A DNA stretch of 61,044 nt from Mycobacteriales bacterium (GCA_046595615.1 JBKJOO010000041.1:1-61044); one strand, 5' to 3'; numbered from the stretch's first letter, positions 9,601-17,736 are shown. Made by a program: numbers and translations. Notes: generated by a model from the letters alone, not told the origin.

Positions 9601-10727
9601 CACTCCAGCTGCCGGCCCCGACCCGTGGCGCGCACCGCCGGAGGATTGCCCCAGCCGGGCCCAGCGACGGTCTCGGCACTGTCTGCCCGTTGACCGAACG
9701 CCAGCTCGGGCAGCTGGCCGACACCCCCGGTGTCACCGTCATCACGGGCGTGCCCGACACCGGAATCCACAACGTCATCGGGTGCCTGAGCGCCATCGTC
9801 GACGGTCACGGTCTACGCGGTCTGCGCCGCGTCGTGACGGCCGACCCGACACCGAAGTCGCTGACCGACGTCGCCCGCGTGACCGTCCTGAACGCCCGTC
9901 CTGGGCAGGCCTCGACCACACCAACCGACCCGAGCAGCATCCTGATCCTGGTCGACGCGACCGGCCTGAGCGGGAAGGAGCTGTCTGCGCTCCTGGGTTC
10001 GGCTGCCGCGGTCGCCGACCATCACCGCGGCCTGCGGGTGGCGGTCACTGCCGGGGTGAAGAACGTCGGCGGCTGGCTCGGGTGGGCCGACCGGATAGAG
10101 CTGGCCCGCCTCGACCGGGTCGGACTGCGCCTGCTGAGCGACGAAGAGTCGCTGCCCTTCCACGACCCGGACCAGGTCGGGCGGCTCGCCGCAGCGACCG
10201 GGGGCTGGACGTGCGTCCTCGACCACGTCCGAGACCGGGTCCGCGCGGACACCGGCGTCACCCCCACCGCACAGACCGTCCTGAGCGACACGCAGGCGTG
10301 GGTCTCGGGCCGATCTGGTCTCGAGCTGGCCCGGCAGGCCGGTGCCCGTTCAAGCGACCCGGCCGGTCAGGCCTTGGCGGCGGCGCTGACCCGGCTGGCT
10401 GACCTGAGTGGGCCGGACACGCTGCTCAACCTCGTCGACCTGCTCGTCCTCGCTGACGCGGACCGCCCGGTTCGTGGGGCCATCCCAGCCCGCGCCGCAA
10501 CGCCGCGCAGCACCGCGGACACCGGCAGTGCGGCGCGCGCGGGCGCCGCAGTCGAGCAGAGCATGTCGTTCACCCAGCTGGCTGCGGCTGCCGGTTGCCC
10601 GGACATCCGTGGCCTGCTCGAAGCGCTGACGTCGTTGGGGTGGCTCGACCCGATTCCGGGCGGGATGCTGCGACCCGAACCGCTGCTCGTCGCTGCGCTC
10701 GGCTCAACCGCGAGCCGGTCCGCATGA
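3666..10727 (+). CDS. giant P-loop NTPase (~2353 aa): long helical/disordered N-terminal 1600 aa + AAA (ORC/STAND-like) module + degenerate second P-loop module
   Basis: Single 7.1-kb ORF. GTG 3666 preceded by GAGGAAAGAGG (track start 3549 also possible). Walker A SGGRQMGKSAL (~8569-8594), Walker B LLLLLDEADAF (~8824-8848). Degenerate ITGVPDTGIHNV...ILILVDATG (~9731-9960). Confidence 0.8.
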   Translation: MAKSPRNRKPQRRARGPVPAPANRPFGDYAAGGAPPELPDGQSWVSAAEIADVLDVQAAMASALDDLSADDLLGVLEGSHAYDGWRSAMLRILGMPHAATVNRAMANQLLARARTAPFPDPDGVLHFNLSWPTTSLIALSSDPRAWNVALAKDPLEVVRALGEDEPTLTTVLNTAAVINRCMFLATSLMPAPLVRVGLIAAIADEAACAAVALSMLSAYDADAADAYDALEEMEPGRLPVRAAGDLTQLGTPGRVVPETAEQAAELDGAAGRPPGTSWYGLDEAAAGKVDETGDDETGDDETGAVAEHSAGDVRYRATGFTTHLIEDLGLEQLTVQVLRSWSQVAVVLRAAADDIDAGDRPKNGALEAADTFMRVVTDLADLWECTPSRDGLQGSLDAAEAALARGRQMEADVQIRRALLQQLSALAAPAAAEADASLVRAAAVRRLEGTAEVGDPDEDALSLLHELARIGQLRRGGDAVSFEDFLAAEQRARTSFSHATPLVVAASLGDVTFPPPSEDPAEAAQVAQVAEVAEAGGFGTASAPATDVTFFEQLLRTTDRHQDIHRAATAAASREDATLGAVDEAGDGRPVTDVDQAGAPVRAPAGPDPVEASDPDAPDAGRVAAQPAPGEPDADGLEGHKGISDSDPTAPTETRDDTTSARPKRPTATEQAAQDGTGQSPHAQDAAAHPSHREPGSHHSPSPAEQVADDADDAPDPAAPALDDLALADLTLDDLALDALDLDDLTSDEPATSGDTLHDPLEDTDGDRDAWPSAAAEQEAARHGARTASAAGRFGLAADILRGAGAEPASIAARELAAYAAQLSDPVGPLAHAFSATSAVISREALSEDRDGHLLAWAAAARAAVTAPNAGPGTVLPELRPSISDLPALDLLTETLIDAAHRGIALAATADQVTDVTASEDRLRAASDEVATLLSDRGRRVLKFAPLNKIYSEWLNPDGELGRILDNAAAGQEGRPPADPEALDASVLDLRGHGIDRTKDRYSQLRRSSQLYDNAARDMANRWEHVLDVVAEYATSLRAASAARRPSGESQTHTQAVDLRTRLMGAIDGLETDLATFPSDTASAVSLLLAGVLDACRGTLSPRVEPSPAWAAHHELLALCVPLDPATLTPPTLDPNHADQGGSTSTPPGDEETRVQVPADNASYASPALSENGTGREVPDGHDTAAQWRDLLPDLLALAEDDETSPTDLYAELAAANLHDLSAELVDELRRTGSELAQTLSRRRREDVDASRDRRDAALDALGRDLDARRMSGVLSEGRWSQLSHQVQELRGPARTDFHRVSAAIERIGVELAAAQSDLVGQFLERLTAATATSMTVARYAEVIRSQAQAGQLGAAESSLASAEAGEELPSATSEATDHVTAFFPGVPSLLTGALPPGRLFDNLSDAGLDSLDELTGGLLPFSQLSPARRSNARNAVEAMRRLARLGQQPAQLVDMLRPILAEAGIELRSAKIEQTRPERYLIAASDVATLGSARTPSFGSAMTSNRGGGLRLVIPRVTAVPVTLVEWVRDLPADTTVIAIWPGPPLRPADWRALADASRGRKTPVLAVLDTALLAYLCTQDSPQVATFEAVVRAFTSESPYKDVPGDTAREMFYGRRRELAQVLDMRGPSIVSGGRQMGKSALVKWAHRQFETRPGCIAIDFDIHVIGAQGDTSGLWPQLWNELSMRDVVHGQLADGDQAAAVHNAVKRWLLEDESRQLLLLLDEADAFLDADAAENQFVAVNWFRRLMDGTDHRFKVVFVGLHRTARFDSLPNQPLSHLGHIGVGPLSPQHAHELITRPLQALGFRFVDPVGTPARILALANNMPALLQLFGAALVSHLTARPVPDDAPPQDVTDDDIDQVWADPNVKASFLEKYRLTLNLDPRYRVIAYAVAYAAHVGGVGAGLSLRDLSAQVQEYWPEGFVASSSDEIRSLIVECVDLGLLAGDARAYRMRTPTVWRLLGTEDEVLDTLTTASETLQLPAPTRGAHRRRIAPAGPSDGLGTVCPLTERQLGQLADTPGVTVITGVPDTGIHNVIGCLSAIVDGHGLRGLRRVVTADPTPKSLTDVARVTVLNARPGQASTTPTDPSSILILVDATGLSGKELSALLGSAAAVADHHRGLRVAVTAGVKNVGGWLGWADRIELARLDRVGLRLLSDEESLPFHDPDQVGRLAAATGGWTCVLDHVRDRVRADTGVTPTAQTVLSDTQAWVSGRSGLELARQAGARSSDPAGQALAAALTRLADLSGPDTLLNLVDLLVLADADRPVRGAIPARAATPRSTADTGSAARAGAAVEQSMSFTQLAAAAGCPDIRGLLEALTSLGWLDPIPGGMLRPEPLLVAALGSTASRSA
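4533..4575 (+). repeat. in-frame 15-bp tandem repeat (~3 copies, DETGD)
   Basis: gacgagacgggcgac x2 plus a partial third copy, inside the giant CDS. Confidence 0.8.
5232..5267 (+). repeat. in-frame 9-bp tandem repeat (4 copies, AAQ-VAQ-VAE-VAE)
   Basis: gccgcccag gtcgcccag gtcgccgag gtcgccgag, inside the giant CDS. Confidence 0.8.
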
Positions 10728-13099
10728 GCGCCGCCGCAGGACACACGGCGCAGACAGTGCCGACGCTGCCTGAGCTGTCCGGGGAGAGCTCGGTCGTGTT
10801 GAACGCCGCCGCAAAGGCGTTCGCTCGCTTCGCCCTGCTGCACGGGGCTGACCCGGACACCGCGACCCGGGAGGCGCACACCGCCACGACCGTGCTCGAG
10901 CTGTGGGGCAAGTATCCGGCGGTGCGCGCGAAGGTGCGCGCCAGCGTCGAGAAGGCGGCGCAGACCTCACCGGCGTGGGCGCAGGTCGTGGCCTGCCCGC
11001 TCCTGGTCGAGGCCACAGCCAAGGACACCGCGTCCCAGCTGTCGCGGGCCATCGAGCAGCGCCGGCGGGAAGAGAAGGCCCGCGAGCGGCGTGAGAGGCG
11101 TGACGCGGAGCGAGAAGCTGCGAAGAAGCCGCTCGAGGAGGTCCGTGTCGCCCGCGAGGAAGACAAGCTCGAGCAGATCCGGCAGGCCCGCGACCTGGCC
11201 ACCCGGCGCGCGGAGACCGCCGCGCGGGAGGCGTCGCAGCTGCGCGACCAGCTCGAGAGCTCGCGCACCGACGTCGACGACATGTCCGGGCAGCTCGCTG
11301 CCGTCACCGCCCGCCTTCGCTCCGCGCAGGAGCAGCTGACCGACCCGGTCGCGCTGGCCGCCGCGCTGGCCGCCGCGCTGGCCGACCTTGACGTGGACGC
11401 GACCATCGCGCCGGTACCGGCTGGCGGCCTCGGGACCCCGGCCACGATGGCCACCGCGGCCCAGTCGGCCATTGCGCACCAGCTGCCGCCGGAGGCGGTC
11501 GGCTCGGTCCAGCAGTGGCTTCCTGTCCTGCTGCGGGCGCTGACCCGGCCGGTCATCCCGGTCGCGCAGGTGCGTGAGCTGCAGCTGCGCGTGGACGTCC
11601 TCGGCGGTGGCACCGAGGTCGGCGGGTCGTGTGTCCTGGTCGAGGCCGGCGGGACCCGCATCCTCGTCGATGCCGGCACTCGCCCCGGCGCCGGCGTCCG
11701 CCCCCCTCGCCGCATCGAGCATGCGCTGCGTCAGGGAATCGACGCGGTCATCATCACGCACGCTCACGCGGACCACGCCGGCTGGGTGCCGGCGCTCGTG
11801 CGTGACCAGCCGGGCCTTCCCGTCTTCGCAACACCCGCGACCGGTGACCTGCTCGAGGTCATGTGGCCCGACGCCGTCAAGGTCATGGCTGCTCCACGCA
11901 CCCAGATCCGTTCGTACGCGAGCACCGGCTGGGGAACGGAAACGTCTGACGGCCCGCGCGGCGCAGGGGCCGGCACGGGAGGCACGGGAGGCACGGGAGG
12001 CACGGCCAGTGGGGCCGACGGGCGGGAGCGCGACGACGAGCTCGAGGACGATGAGCAGGCGGGCACGGTGCGGCCGTACACGGCTACGGACGTGGCCGCC
12101 GCGATGCGGTCGTTGCGTCCGACGCCGTTCGGGCACGCCCAGCGCATCGGGGAACTCAGCGTCACCCTCTTCCCGGCTGGGCACATCGTCGGCGCGGCCG
12201 GGGTCGTCATCCAGGCCGGCGATCAGCGGGTCGTCGTCTCCGGGGACGTGTCCGGTCCGGGCCAGCTGACGGTGTCCGGTATCGAACTGCCCGAGATCGC
12301 GATCGGCGCGGACCTGATGCTTCTCGAGTCGACGTACGGCGACCATGACCGGATCAAGACCCGCGAGGGCAGCGTGGCCGACTTCGTCGCGCAGGTCCGG
12401 TCCATCATCGACTCCGGCGGTCGGGTCCTCGTGCCGTCGTTCGCGCTGGGCCGTGCACAGGAGGTAGCGCTGATCATGGCGCAGCACCTGCCGCAGGTCC
12501 CGGTCTACGTCGACGGGCTGGCCCGGTCGGTGTCGCGGGTGTACGAGGAGCACGACGGCGCTGACGGGCGCGCCATGCGAATCTTCGCCGGCAACGTGCG
12601 CGCCGTGCGGAACGGTGGTGTTGAGCTGCGGTCGAAGACTCCGGCTGTCATTGTGGCCACGTCCGGGATGCTGACCGCGGGCCCGGCGATCTCGTGGGCC
12701 CGGGAGCTGCTGCCGGACCCGAGCAGCGGTCTGCTCATCGTCGGGTACCAGGACGAGGAGTCCCCCGGTCGGGTCCTGCAGGACCTGGCCCGGACTGGCG
12801 GGGGCACGTTCGACCTGCCGAGTCGGCTCCCGCCCGGGTACGAGACGGTGACGGTCAAGGCGACCGTCGGCTCGTTCCAGCTCGGCGCGCACGCGTCCGC
12901 GCCGGAGCTGGTCCAGATCGCCGACCAGGCCCGCGCGGACACCGTCATGCTCGTGCACGGCGACCGGTCCTCGAGGGTCCGGCTCGGGACCACCCTCGAA
13001 CGGCGCGGTTTCCGCCTCGTCGACGCCGGTGGGCCGCTGGAGCTGCAGACAACAAGCGCACCGCCCGACCATCACGGTCGGGCGGTGCGGGGACTTTGA
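10724..13099 (+). CDS. coiled-coil + MBL-fold/beta-CASP nuclease (791 aa)
   Basis: ATG 10724 overlaps the giant gene stop (ATGA). Charged coiled coil RREEKARERRERRDAEREAAKK.. HxHxDH (ITHAHADHAG ~11752-11782). beta-CASP-like LESTYGD, GMLTAGP, HASAPEL, MLVHGD. Confidence 0.8.
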   Translation: MSAAAGHTAQTVPTLPELSGESSVVLNAAAKAFARFALLHGADPDTATREAHTATTVLELWGKYPAVRAKVRASVEKAAQTSPAWAQVVACPLLVEATAKDTASQLSRAIEQRRREEKARERRERRDAEREAAKKPLEEVRVAREEDKLEQIRQARDLATRRAETAAREASQLRDQLESSRTDVDDMSGQLAAVTARLRSAQEQLTDPVALAAALAAALADLDVDATIAPVPAGGLGTPATMATAAQSAIAHQLPPEAVGSVQQWLPVLLRALTRPVIPVAQVRELQLRVDVLGGGTEVGGSCVLVEAGGTRILVDAGTRPGAGVRPPRRIEHALRQGIDAVIITHAHADHAGWVPALVRDQPGLPVFATPATGDLLEVMWPDAVKVMAAPRTQIRSYASTGWGTETSDGPRGAGAGTGGTGGTGGTASGADGRERDDELEDDEQAGTVRPYTATDVAAAMRSLRPTPFGHAQRIGELSVTLFPAGHIVGAAGVVIQAGDQRVVVSGDVSGPGQLTVSGIELPEIAIGADLMLLESTYGDHDRIKTREGSVADFVAQVRSIIDSGGRVLVPSFALGRAQEVALIMAQHLPQVPVYVDGLARSVSRVYEEHDGADGRAMRIFAGNVRAVRNGGVELRSKTPAVIVATSGMLTAGPAISWARELLPDPSSGLLIVGYQDEESPGRVLQDLARTGGGTFDLPSRLPPGYETVTVKATVGSFQLGAHASAPELVQIADQARADTVMLVHGDRSSRVRLGTTLERRGFRLVDAGGPLELQTTSAPPDHHGRAVRGL
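11972..12007 (+). repeat. in-frame 9-bp tandem repeat (GGCACGGGA x3 + variant; GTG tripeptides) in an insert of the MBL domain
   Basis: Read directly. Encodes GTGGTGGTGGTA. Confidence 0.8.
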
Positions 13100-13350
13100 G
13101 GCGGCAAGCGCCGCGGCAGCCTGCCGAAGCTCGTCTGCGGTGCCCGTGAAGCCGGACCGGACGAGTTGGGACGCGCAGCCAAGCGCCTCCGCAGCGAGGC
13201 CAGGGACACGGAACACGCGAGCACGGCCGAGCCCGCGAGTCTCTCCTGCCCCGCCCTGAACGACGGTCGCAGCATGCGACGCGTGGACGCTGACGGTGCC
13301 GTGGCGCACGACGACGTGGGCGGTGTCGTAAGGCCAGACGCGGCCGGTCA
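13100..13350 (-). pseudogene. C-terminal fragment of the 8-residue-repeat paralogue family
   Basis: Minus frame reads ..WPYDTAHVVVRHGTVSVHASHAATVVQGG...LVRSGFTGTADELRQAAAALAA, matching the C-termini of 13434.., 18924.. and 19734.. proteins. It lacks the N-terminal domain and has no stop before running antisense into the MBL gene. Confidence 0.4.
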
Positions 13351-13433
13351 ACCACGGCCGGGCCGTTGCTGCGGGGGAGGGCGCGGCGACGGTCCGTAGG
13401 GATCCCCCAACCGACTGCCCCGACAGGAGCCCC

Positions 13434-14138
13434 ATGCTCACCGAACAGACAGTGTGGTCGCAGGAGAGCCTCGACGCCCTCGCAGACCACCCCGTGTCCG
13501 TCCCGCTGAGGCTGCGCGGCTGGCACACGATGCGGCTCGCCGGACGAGGCCGCACGATCGACATCGCCGGTACCGTGCACGTCACCCTCCAGAACACCGG
13601 GACGCGGCCCGCGCAACGTCCGACGGTACACATCGCCGACCGGGCAAGGCTGGTCGCGCACGAGCCGGCCACCATCCACGCCCGCGGGTACGCCGACGTC
13701 CACGTCAGCTCCGACTGCCTGGTCCATGCCGGTGGCTTCTCGAGGGTGACCGCAGACTCCGAGTGCCGCGTGCACGCCACCGGTGAGTCCACCGTCCTCG
13801 CCGGCAACAGCGCGGTCGTGTTCGCGACCGGCCTCGCGTCGGTGCGCGCCTACGAGAACGCGAGCGTCGTCAGCCACCACGAGACCGCCCTTCAGGTGGG
13901 CGGGTCAGCGGCTGCGCTCTCGTTCGGGTCCAAGGAGCCCCTGGTCACCTTCGGGTACCCTCGGGCGTTCCACCTGCCCGGCCTGGACCGCGCCGTCCAG
14001 GACGTCGCCATCGCGCTGCTCCTGGCCGGGTTCGTCGGCTCGTCCGCCGACCTGCACGCTGCAGCCCTGGCCACAACTGGCACCCGCGCCGTCGGCACAC
14101 CCACCCCGACCGCTGCGACCGTCTCGGACCACAGCTGA
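13434..14138 (+). CDS. 8-residue-repeat (A-x-G-x-S-x-V-x) beta-solenoid-like protein, paralogue 1
   Basis: AGGAG 5 nt upstream of ATG. Repeats: ARGYADVH VSSDCLVH AGGFSRVT ADSECRVH ATGESTVL AGNSAVVF ATGLASVR. C-terminal LLAGFVGSSADLHAAALA. Terminator downstream. Confidence 0.65.
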   Translation: MLTEQTVWSQESLDALADHPVSVPLRLRGWHTMRLAGRGRTIDIAGTVHVTLQNTGTRPAQRPTVHIADRARLVAHEPATIHARGYADVHVSSDCLVHAGGFSRVTADSECRVHATGESTVLAGNSAVVFATGLASVRAYENASVVSHHETALQVGGSAAALSFGSKEPLVTFGYPRAFHLPGLDRAVQDVAIALLLAGFVGSSADLHAAALATTGTRAVGTPTPTAATVSDHS

Positions 14139-14161
14139 GACCCCCGGGTACTGCCCACCCC

Positions 14162-14192
14162 GCACCGCCTGAGCTCCCCGGTCAGGCGGTGC
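14162..14192 (+). terminator. stem-loop after paralogue 1
   Basis: 11-bp stem gcaccgcctga / tcaggcggtgc, 9-nt loop. Confidence 0.5.
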
Positions 14193-14311
14193 GTCGCCGT
14201 CCCCTGCGGCCGGACCGGCTGCGGGCCCTTCTCGCGGTCTGGTTGCCCGGCGGCGCGAGCCCCGACGGTCCGTCCCAGTTCCCATCCCAACTCACCTGAA
14301 ACGAGGCCCCC

Positions 14312-15569
14312 ATGAGCTCTACCCTCTCGCTGGTGCAGGCCGCACTGGACCACGGCATGCCCGCCCACGTCGGCGCGACCCCGGTCGACGCGTGGCGTCT
14401 GGCCAAGCGGCCGCTGACGCACCTGTCGCCTGCCTGCACCCACCTGCGCGGACGGACACCGACCGCGGTCACCGTCCGACTCGACGGGTCCGACCCGTCC
14501 ACCGCACTGCTGTGTGGCAGCTGCGGAGACAACTCGCCGCAGATGCGCGCGATCCTGCGCGGCTGGTTCACCCTGGTCGAAGCGCACGCGTGTGACGGCC
14601 GCGGAAGCGCTCCTGCGCGACCCGGCCACCGACACCCTCACGTACGAGCGGGAGGCCCGCGTCATCCGCAGCGCCCGCCGCCAGCTGGCCGCCGAACTGG
14701 CGACAGCACCGGAAGGGTGGGTCTGGGCGCACGACGTCCAGGCCTTCCTGGAGGGGGTCGACGCGATCGCCGCATCGACTCCGGTCTACCCGCCGTGCGC
14801 GGTCACCTACCTGATCACGCGCAGCTACGCGCTGGTCATGGCCGCCAATGACTGGACATCGCTGGTCCCGCCGTCCCTGAAGGACGGGCAGGGGGCCGTC
14901 TTCGCCCGTTCGGTCACGTGGCAGTCAACGCCGATGCTCCACCGACTGGTCGACGCATGGAACACGTGGGCGGAGACCGCGGCCCCGCTCAAGCCGGGTG
15001 CCACCCCGGCCAGCGGGGCGTGCGAGTCGTTCGCCGGGTCGCTCGATCGCGCCGAGCCGGCCCTGATCAGCCAGGTCCGGGCCGTCCTCGAGGGACCCAC
15101 CGACGGCTGGGACGACGTCGCGACCCGCTGGCGAGCTCAGGCGGTCGACGACCTGTACGCCGTTCTGGTCAGGAGTGCCGCCGGCGCTGCGCTGCCGTCC
15201 ACGAAGAGGGCGAGACGTGCGACCGCGCAGCGGCCGGCCCGCGTGGACCTGGACGCCGTCAAGTGGTCTCTGCTCGCGTTTACGCCCGGAGGCGACCAGA
15301 GGTGCCCCAGCGGGTGTTCGGCCCTGGCCGCCGACGTGCTCGACCTGATGGTCTGCGTCCCGTCGACCACCCCGGGCGAGTACCTCGCGGTCCTGCCCCA
15401 GCAGGTCGCGGTCGACTACGCGGCCCGGCTCCGCCGCGCCGATATGGGTCGGGCCGCGGTCGTGGTCGCGAACGACGTTCCCGCCGGGACGACAGCTATC
15501 GTCCTGGCTCTGGCCGTCGAGCTGCACAACGGACCGGCCAGCATGAAGTACGACCAGGCCGTCATCTGA
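14312..15569 (+). pseudogene. hypothetical protein (~419 aa if repaired), frame switch near nt ~14588
   Basis: High GC3 in the 14312 frame up to ..RGWFTLVEAHA, then only in the 14514..15569 frame from VTAAEALLRDPATDTL.. There is no stop in the first frame at the junction. No recognised domain. Cys cluster C-x29-C-x2-C in the N-terminal part. Confidence 0.4.
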
Positions 15570-15929
15570 GGCCGGCGGTGCGCCGGCGGAAGACGGTCGT
15601 GCACAGCTGCGGAAGGCTGCTGGTCAGGTTGCAGGTCACTCCGAGGATGAGGGTGATCCGGAGAAGAGTCGATTTGGTCATGTGTGGCGACAGTGGCCGC
15701 CGGGCCCGCCGCCGCAATAACCGGGACGCCCGGCGGGCGTTCAGATCAAGGTCCACCAGTGTCAGGGCCATCGCGGAACACCGGGGGGACGTTCGGGCTG
15801 GCCTGCACGGCAACGGCTTGAGCCCGGCGGGCGCGGCACTCCCGTCCGGGTGCGGCACGGGGCTAGCGCGAGCATCCCCGACGCCGTCGAGGTGTCGGGG
15901 ATGAAGTGGCGCGGGAAGTAGTCAGCGCG

Positions 15930-16400
15930 TGACGCGCCCGAACGGCCGTTGGGCCTCGAGCCGGATGAGGAGCGACCCTCGTCGGATGCCGCGAGGCCGG
16001 ATGCTGCGCTGCCGCTGGTCCACGAGGTGGCGGGACAGGGCGGCGTGCTGTGCGTGGTGCATGATGAGCGTTCCTCCCTCCAGGTCGTGGGTGGACCCGG
16101 AGTTGTGTGGGTTGATACGCACTGGTCGGGGGGTGTGGACCAGGTCGGCGTGCCGCTGCCACCGTGCGCGCGACGGAGCGTGCGGCAAACCCCGCCGCCG
16201 TGCGGGCGGTCGCCGCTCGACGGTGCGTCCGGTGCAGCGTGAGGGCGGGTCGGTCTGCCGGGCGGGCCCCGGCCAGCCGGGGGTCCTGACCTGCTGGCGA
16301 CGGGCTGGCGCAGCGTGACGGTCCTCGCAGTGACGACCGACTTCGGCGAGACCGTCCGCGCGCTCCTGGTCATGTCCGGGGTGCGCCGCTACAGCGACCT
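15930..16400 (-). pseudogene. possible decayed HNH (DUF222-type) endonuclease remnant
   Basis: Minus frames give ..VRTPGWPGPARQ..RARWQRHADLVHTPRPVRINP.., loosely like C.PGC..PA...HH.LVH..GW.V.I tails of actinobacterial HNH proteins. Multiple frames, Cys positions lost. Confidence 0.2.
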
Positions 16401-16490
16401 GTTGCCACTCTTCGATGATGGCCGGGAGACCCGCGCCAGCGAGGACGTCGGTACCGTGGCGGTGTTCCGCTGAGGCTCCTGCTGCTCCGT

Positions 16491-16862
16491 GTGTTCGCTG
16501 GCGCTGCCGTGATGGCAGCGCTGAGCGCAGGACTGGGTGGTTGCGGTGCGGCGGTGCACGAGCAGACCACCGCTGCACGCGCGGACGTGGCCAGCGCCGA
16601 CGCGGTAGCTACCCGGTCGGCGGCGTCCGAAGCCGTCGGGGCGCTCAATGCGCTGGCTGCAGAACGGTACGAAGGGGACGCGACGCAGGTCATCGGGAGC
16701 GGGACAGCTGACGAGGTCGCTGCAACCGTCCGGCAGGCTCTCGGCGCCGGGTACTTCGTGCGAGCTGACACTGCCGCCAGCTTCTGGGGCGGGAAGCGGC
16801 CCGACCACGCCTGCCTCATCCTCGTGAAGCCGGTCGGCGCGCGGATGGGCAGCTGCACGTAG
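16491..16862 (+). CDS. putative lipoprotein (123 aa)
   Basis: Signal-like N-terminus with lipobox AALSAGLGGC. High GC3. Strong hairpin downstream. In-frame upstream LRLLLLR suggests a non-canonical earlier start. Confidence 0.55.
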   Translation: MFAGAAVMAALSAGLGGCGAAVHEQTTAARADVASADAVATRSAASEAVGALNALAAERYEGDATQVIGSGTADEVAATVRQALGAGYFVRADTAASFWGGKRPDHACLILVKPVGARMGSCT

Positions 16863-16906
16863 CCGCCGCCGGCGCTGACCGCGTCGGCCTGCGTCGCCCC
16901 GAGCAG

Positions 16907-16947
16907 CTACTGCGAAAGTATCCGCTAGGGGGATGCTTTCGCAGTAG
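16907..16947 (+). terminator. stem-loop after the lipoprotein gene
   Basis: 12-bp perfect stem ctactgcgaaag / ctttcgcagtag, 17-nt loop. Confidence 0.55.
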
Positions 16948-17076
16948 GGCGACCTCCCCACCGACAAGCTCCACCGTGCGAAGGGCCGTCGTGTCCGCAC
17001 CGTCACCGTTACGGCGCCCACCCTGCAGGCGGGGCGCCGCGCGCCAAACCCGCAGCGCACCTCACGAGGAGAACCC

Positions 17077-17358
17077 ATGACCGTCGACGACTCGCCGTTC
17101 TTCGACCTGGCGCAACAGGTTGCCGCGGAGCACCTGGCCCGCACGGGCGTCCCTACCGACGCGCAGCACGTGCATCTCGAGACCGCTGACGCATACCGGT
17201 TCTACCAGCCGGTCCGCGGCGGGTCAGCGGTCATCGTCGGCCGCGACGGGACCTGCCTGTTCGCGAGCTCGAGCGTCTCCCCGGCTCAGCACGAGGCAGC
17301 GTTCGTCGCCGGTCGGCGCACCGAGACCGGGCCGCGCCCCGAACGGCTGGGCAGCTAG
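17077..17358 (+). CDS. hypothetical small protein (93 aa)
   Basis: ATG with GAGGAG upstream, high GC3, no recognised motif. Confidence 0.5.
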   Translation: MTVDDSPFFDLAQQVAAEHLARTGVPTDAQHVHLETADAYRFYQPVRGGSAVIVGRDGTCLFASSSVSPAQHEAAFVAGRRTETGPRPERLGS

Positions 17359-17510
17359 GGCCAAGAACGGCGCCACCACGGTAAGACCGGCAGTGATTCG
17401 GGGAACGTACCGGTGCCGGCCAGGACGACGGATGGGTGCCTGGCGAGCAGCACCGCGTCGAGCTGAGCTTGTGTGGTGACGACGATCGAGTCGTCGGGGT
17501 AGTCGATCAT
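17355..17510 (-). pseudogene. N-terminal fragment (51 aa) of the 8-residue-repeat paralogue family
   Basis: MIDYPDDSIVVTTQAQLDAVLLARHPSVVLAGTGTFPESL parallels IRTQEELDAVIARGDDDPLHFRGSGTFTVSL at the N-terminus of the 18924 paralogue. Truncated after ~50 aa. Confidence 0.35.
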
Positions 17511-17736
17511 GCGTGCCTGCGCGGGTGATTGGGGATAGTGCCGTTCGGGCCCACCGCGGCGGCCAGGCCCTCGTCGGCACTCGCACGGCAGCGACGCGCA
17601 ACCGGGGTGAAGGTCCCCGCTTCTGGGGCTGCCGACCCGCGGCGGCCGCGGGGCCCGCGGGTGTGACTGCACCGCCTGCGGGGGAGGTCACCGTGACTGC
17701 CATACCCCCGCCTACCACGCACGTAAGGACACGACC

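Noticed and set aside
7014-9809. Very long antisense or out-of-frame ORFs. Examples: 7014..9809 (-), 10967..13807 (-), 4800..6014 (-), 7226..8257 (+), 30570..32405 (+), 29854..31080 (-), 46750..48012 (+) and many 60-300 aa Arg/Pro/Gly-rich ORFs.
   Set aside because: These are shadow ORFs typical of ~70% GC DNA. Their translations are Arg/Pro/Gly/Ala-rich junk and GC3 is low in those frames. Each lies opposite or out of frame to a gene with clear motifs.
15562-15681. 39-codon hydrophobic ORF (MTKSTLLRITLILGVTCNLTSS...) convergent on the 15569 stop; possible small membrane peptide or truncated lipoprotein signal.
   Set aside because: GC3 is fairly high, but there is no RBS and no canonical lipobox. 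It lies in a region full of gene fragments, so the support is insufficient.
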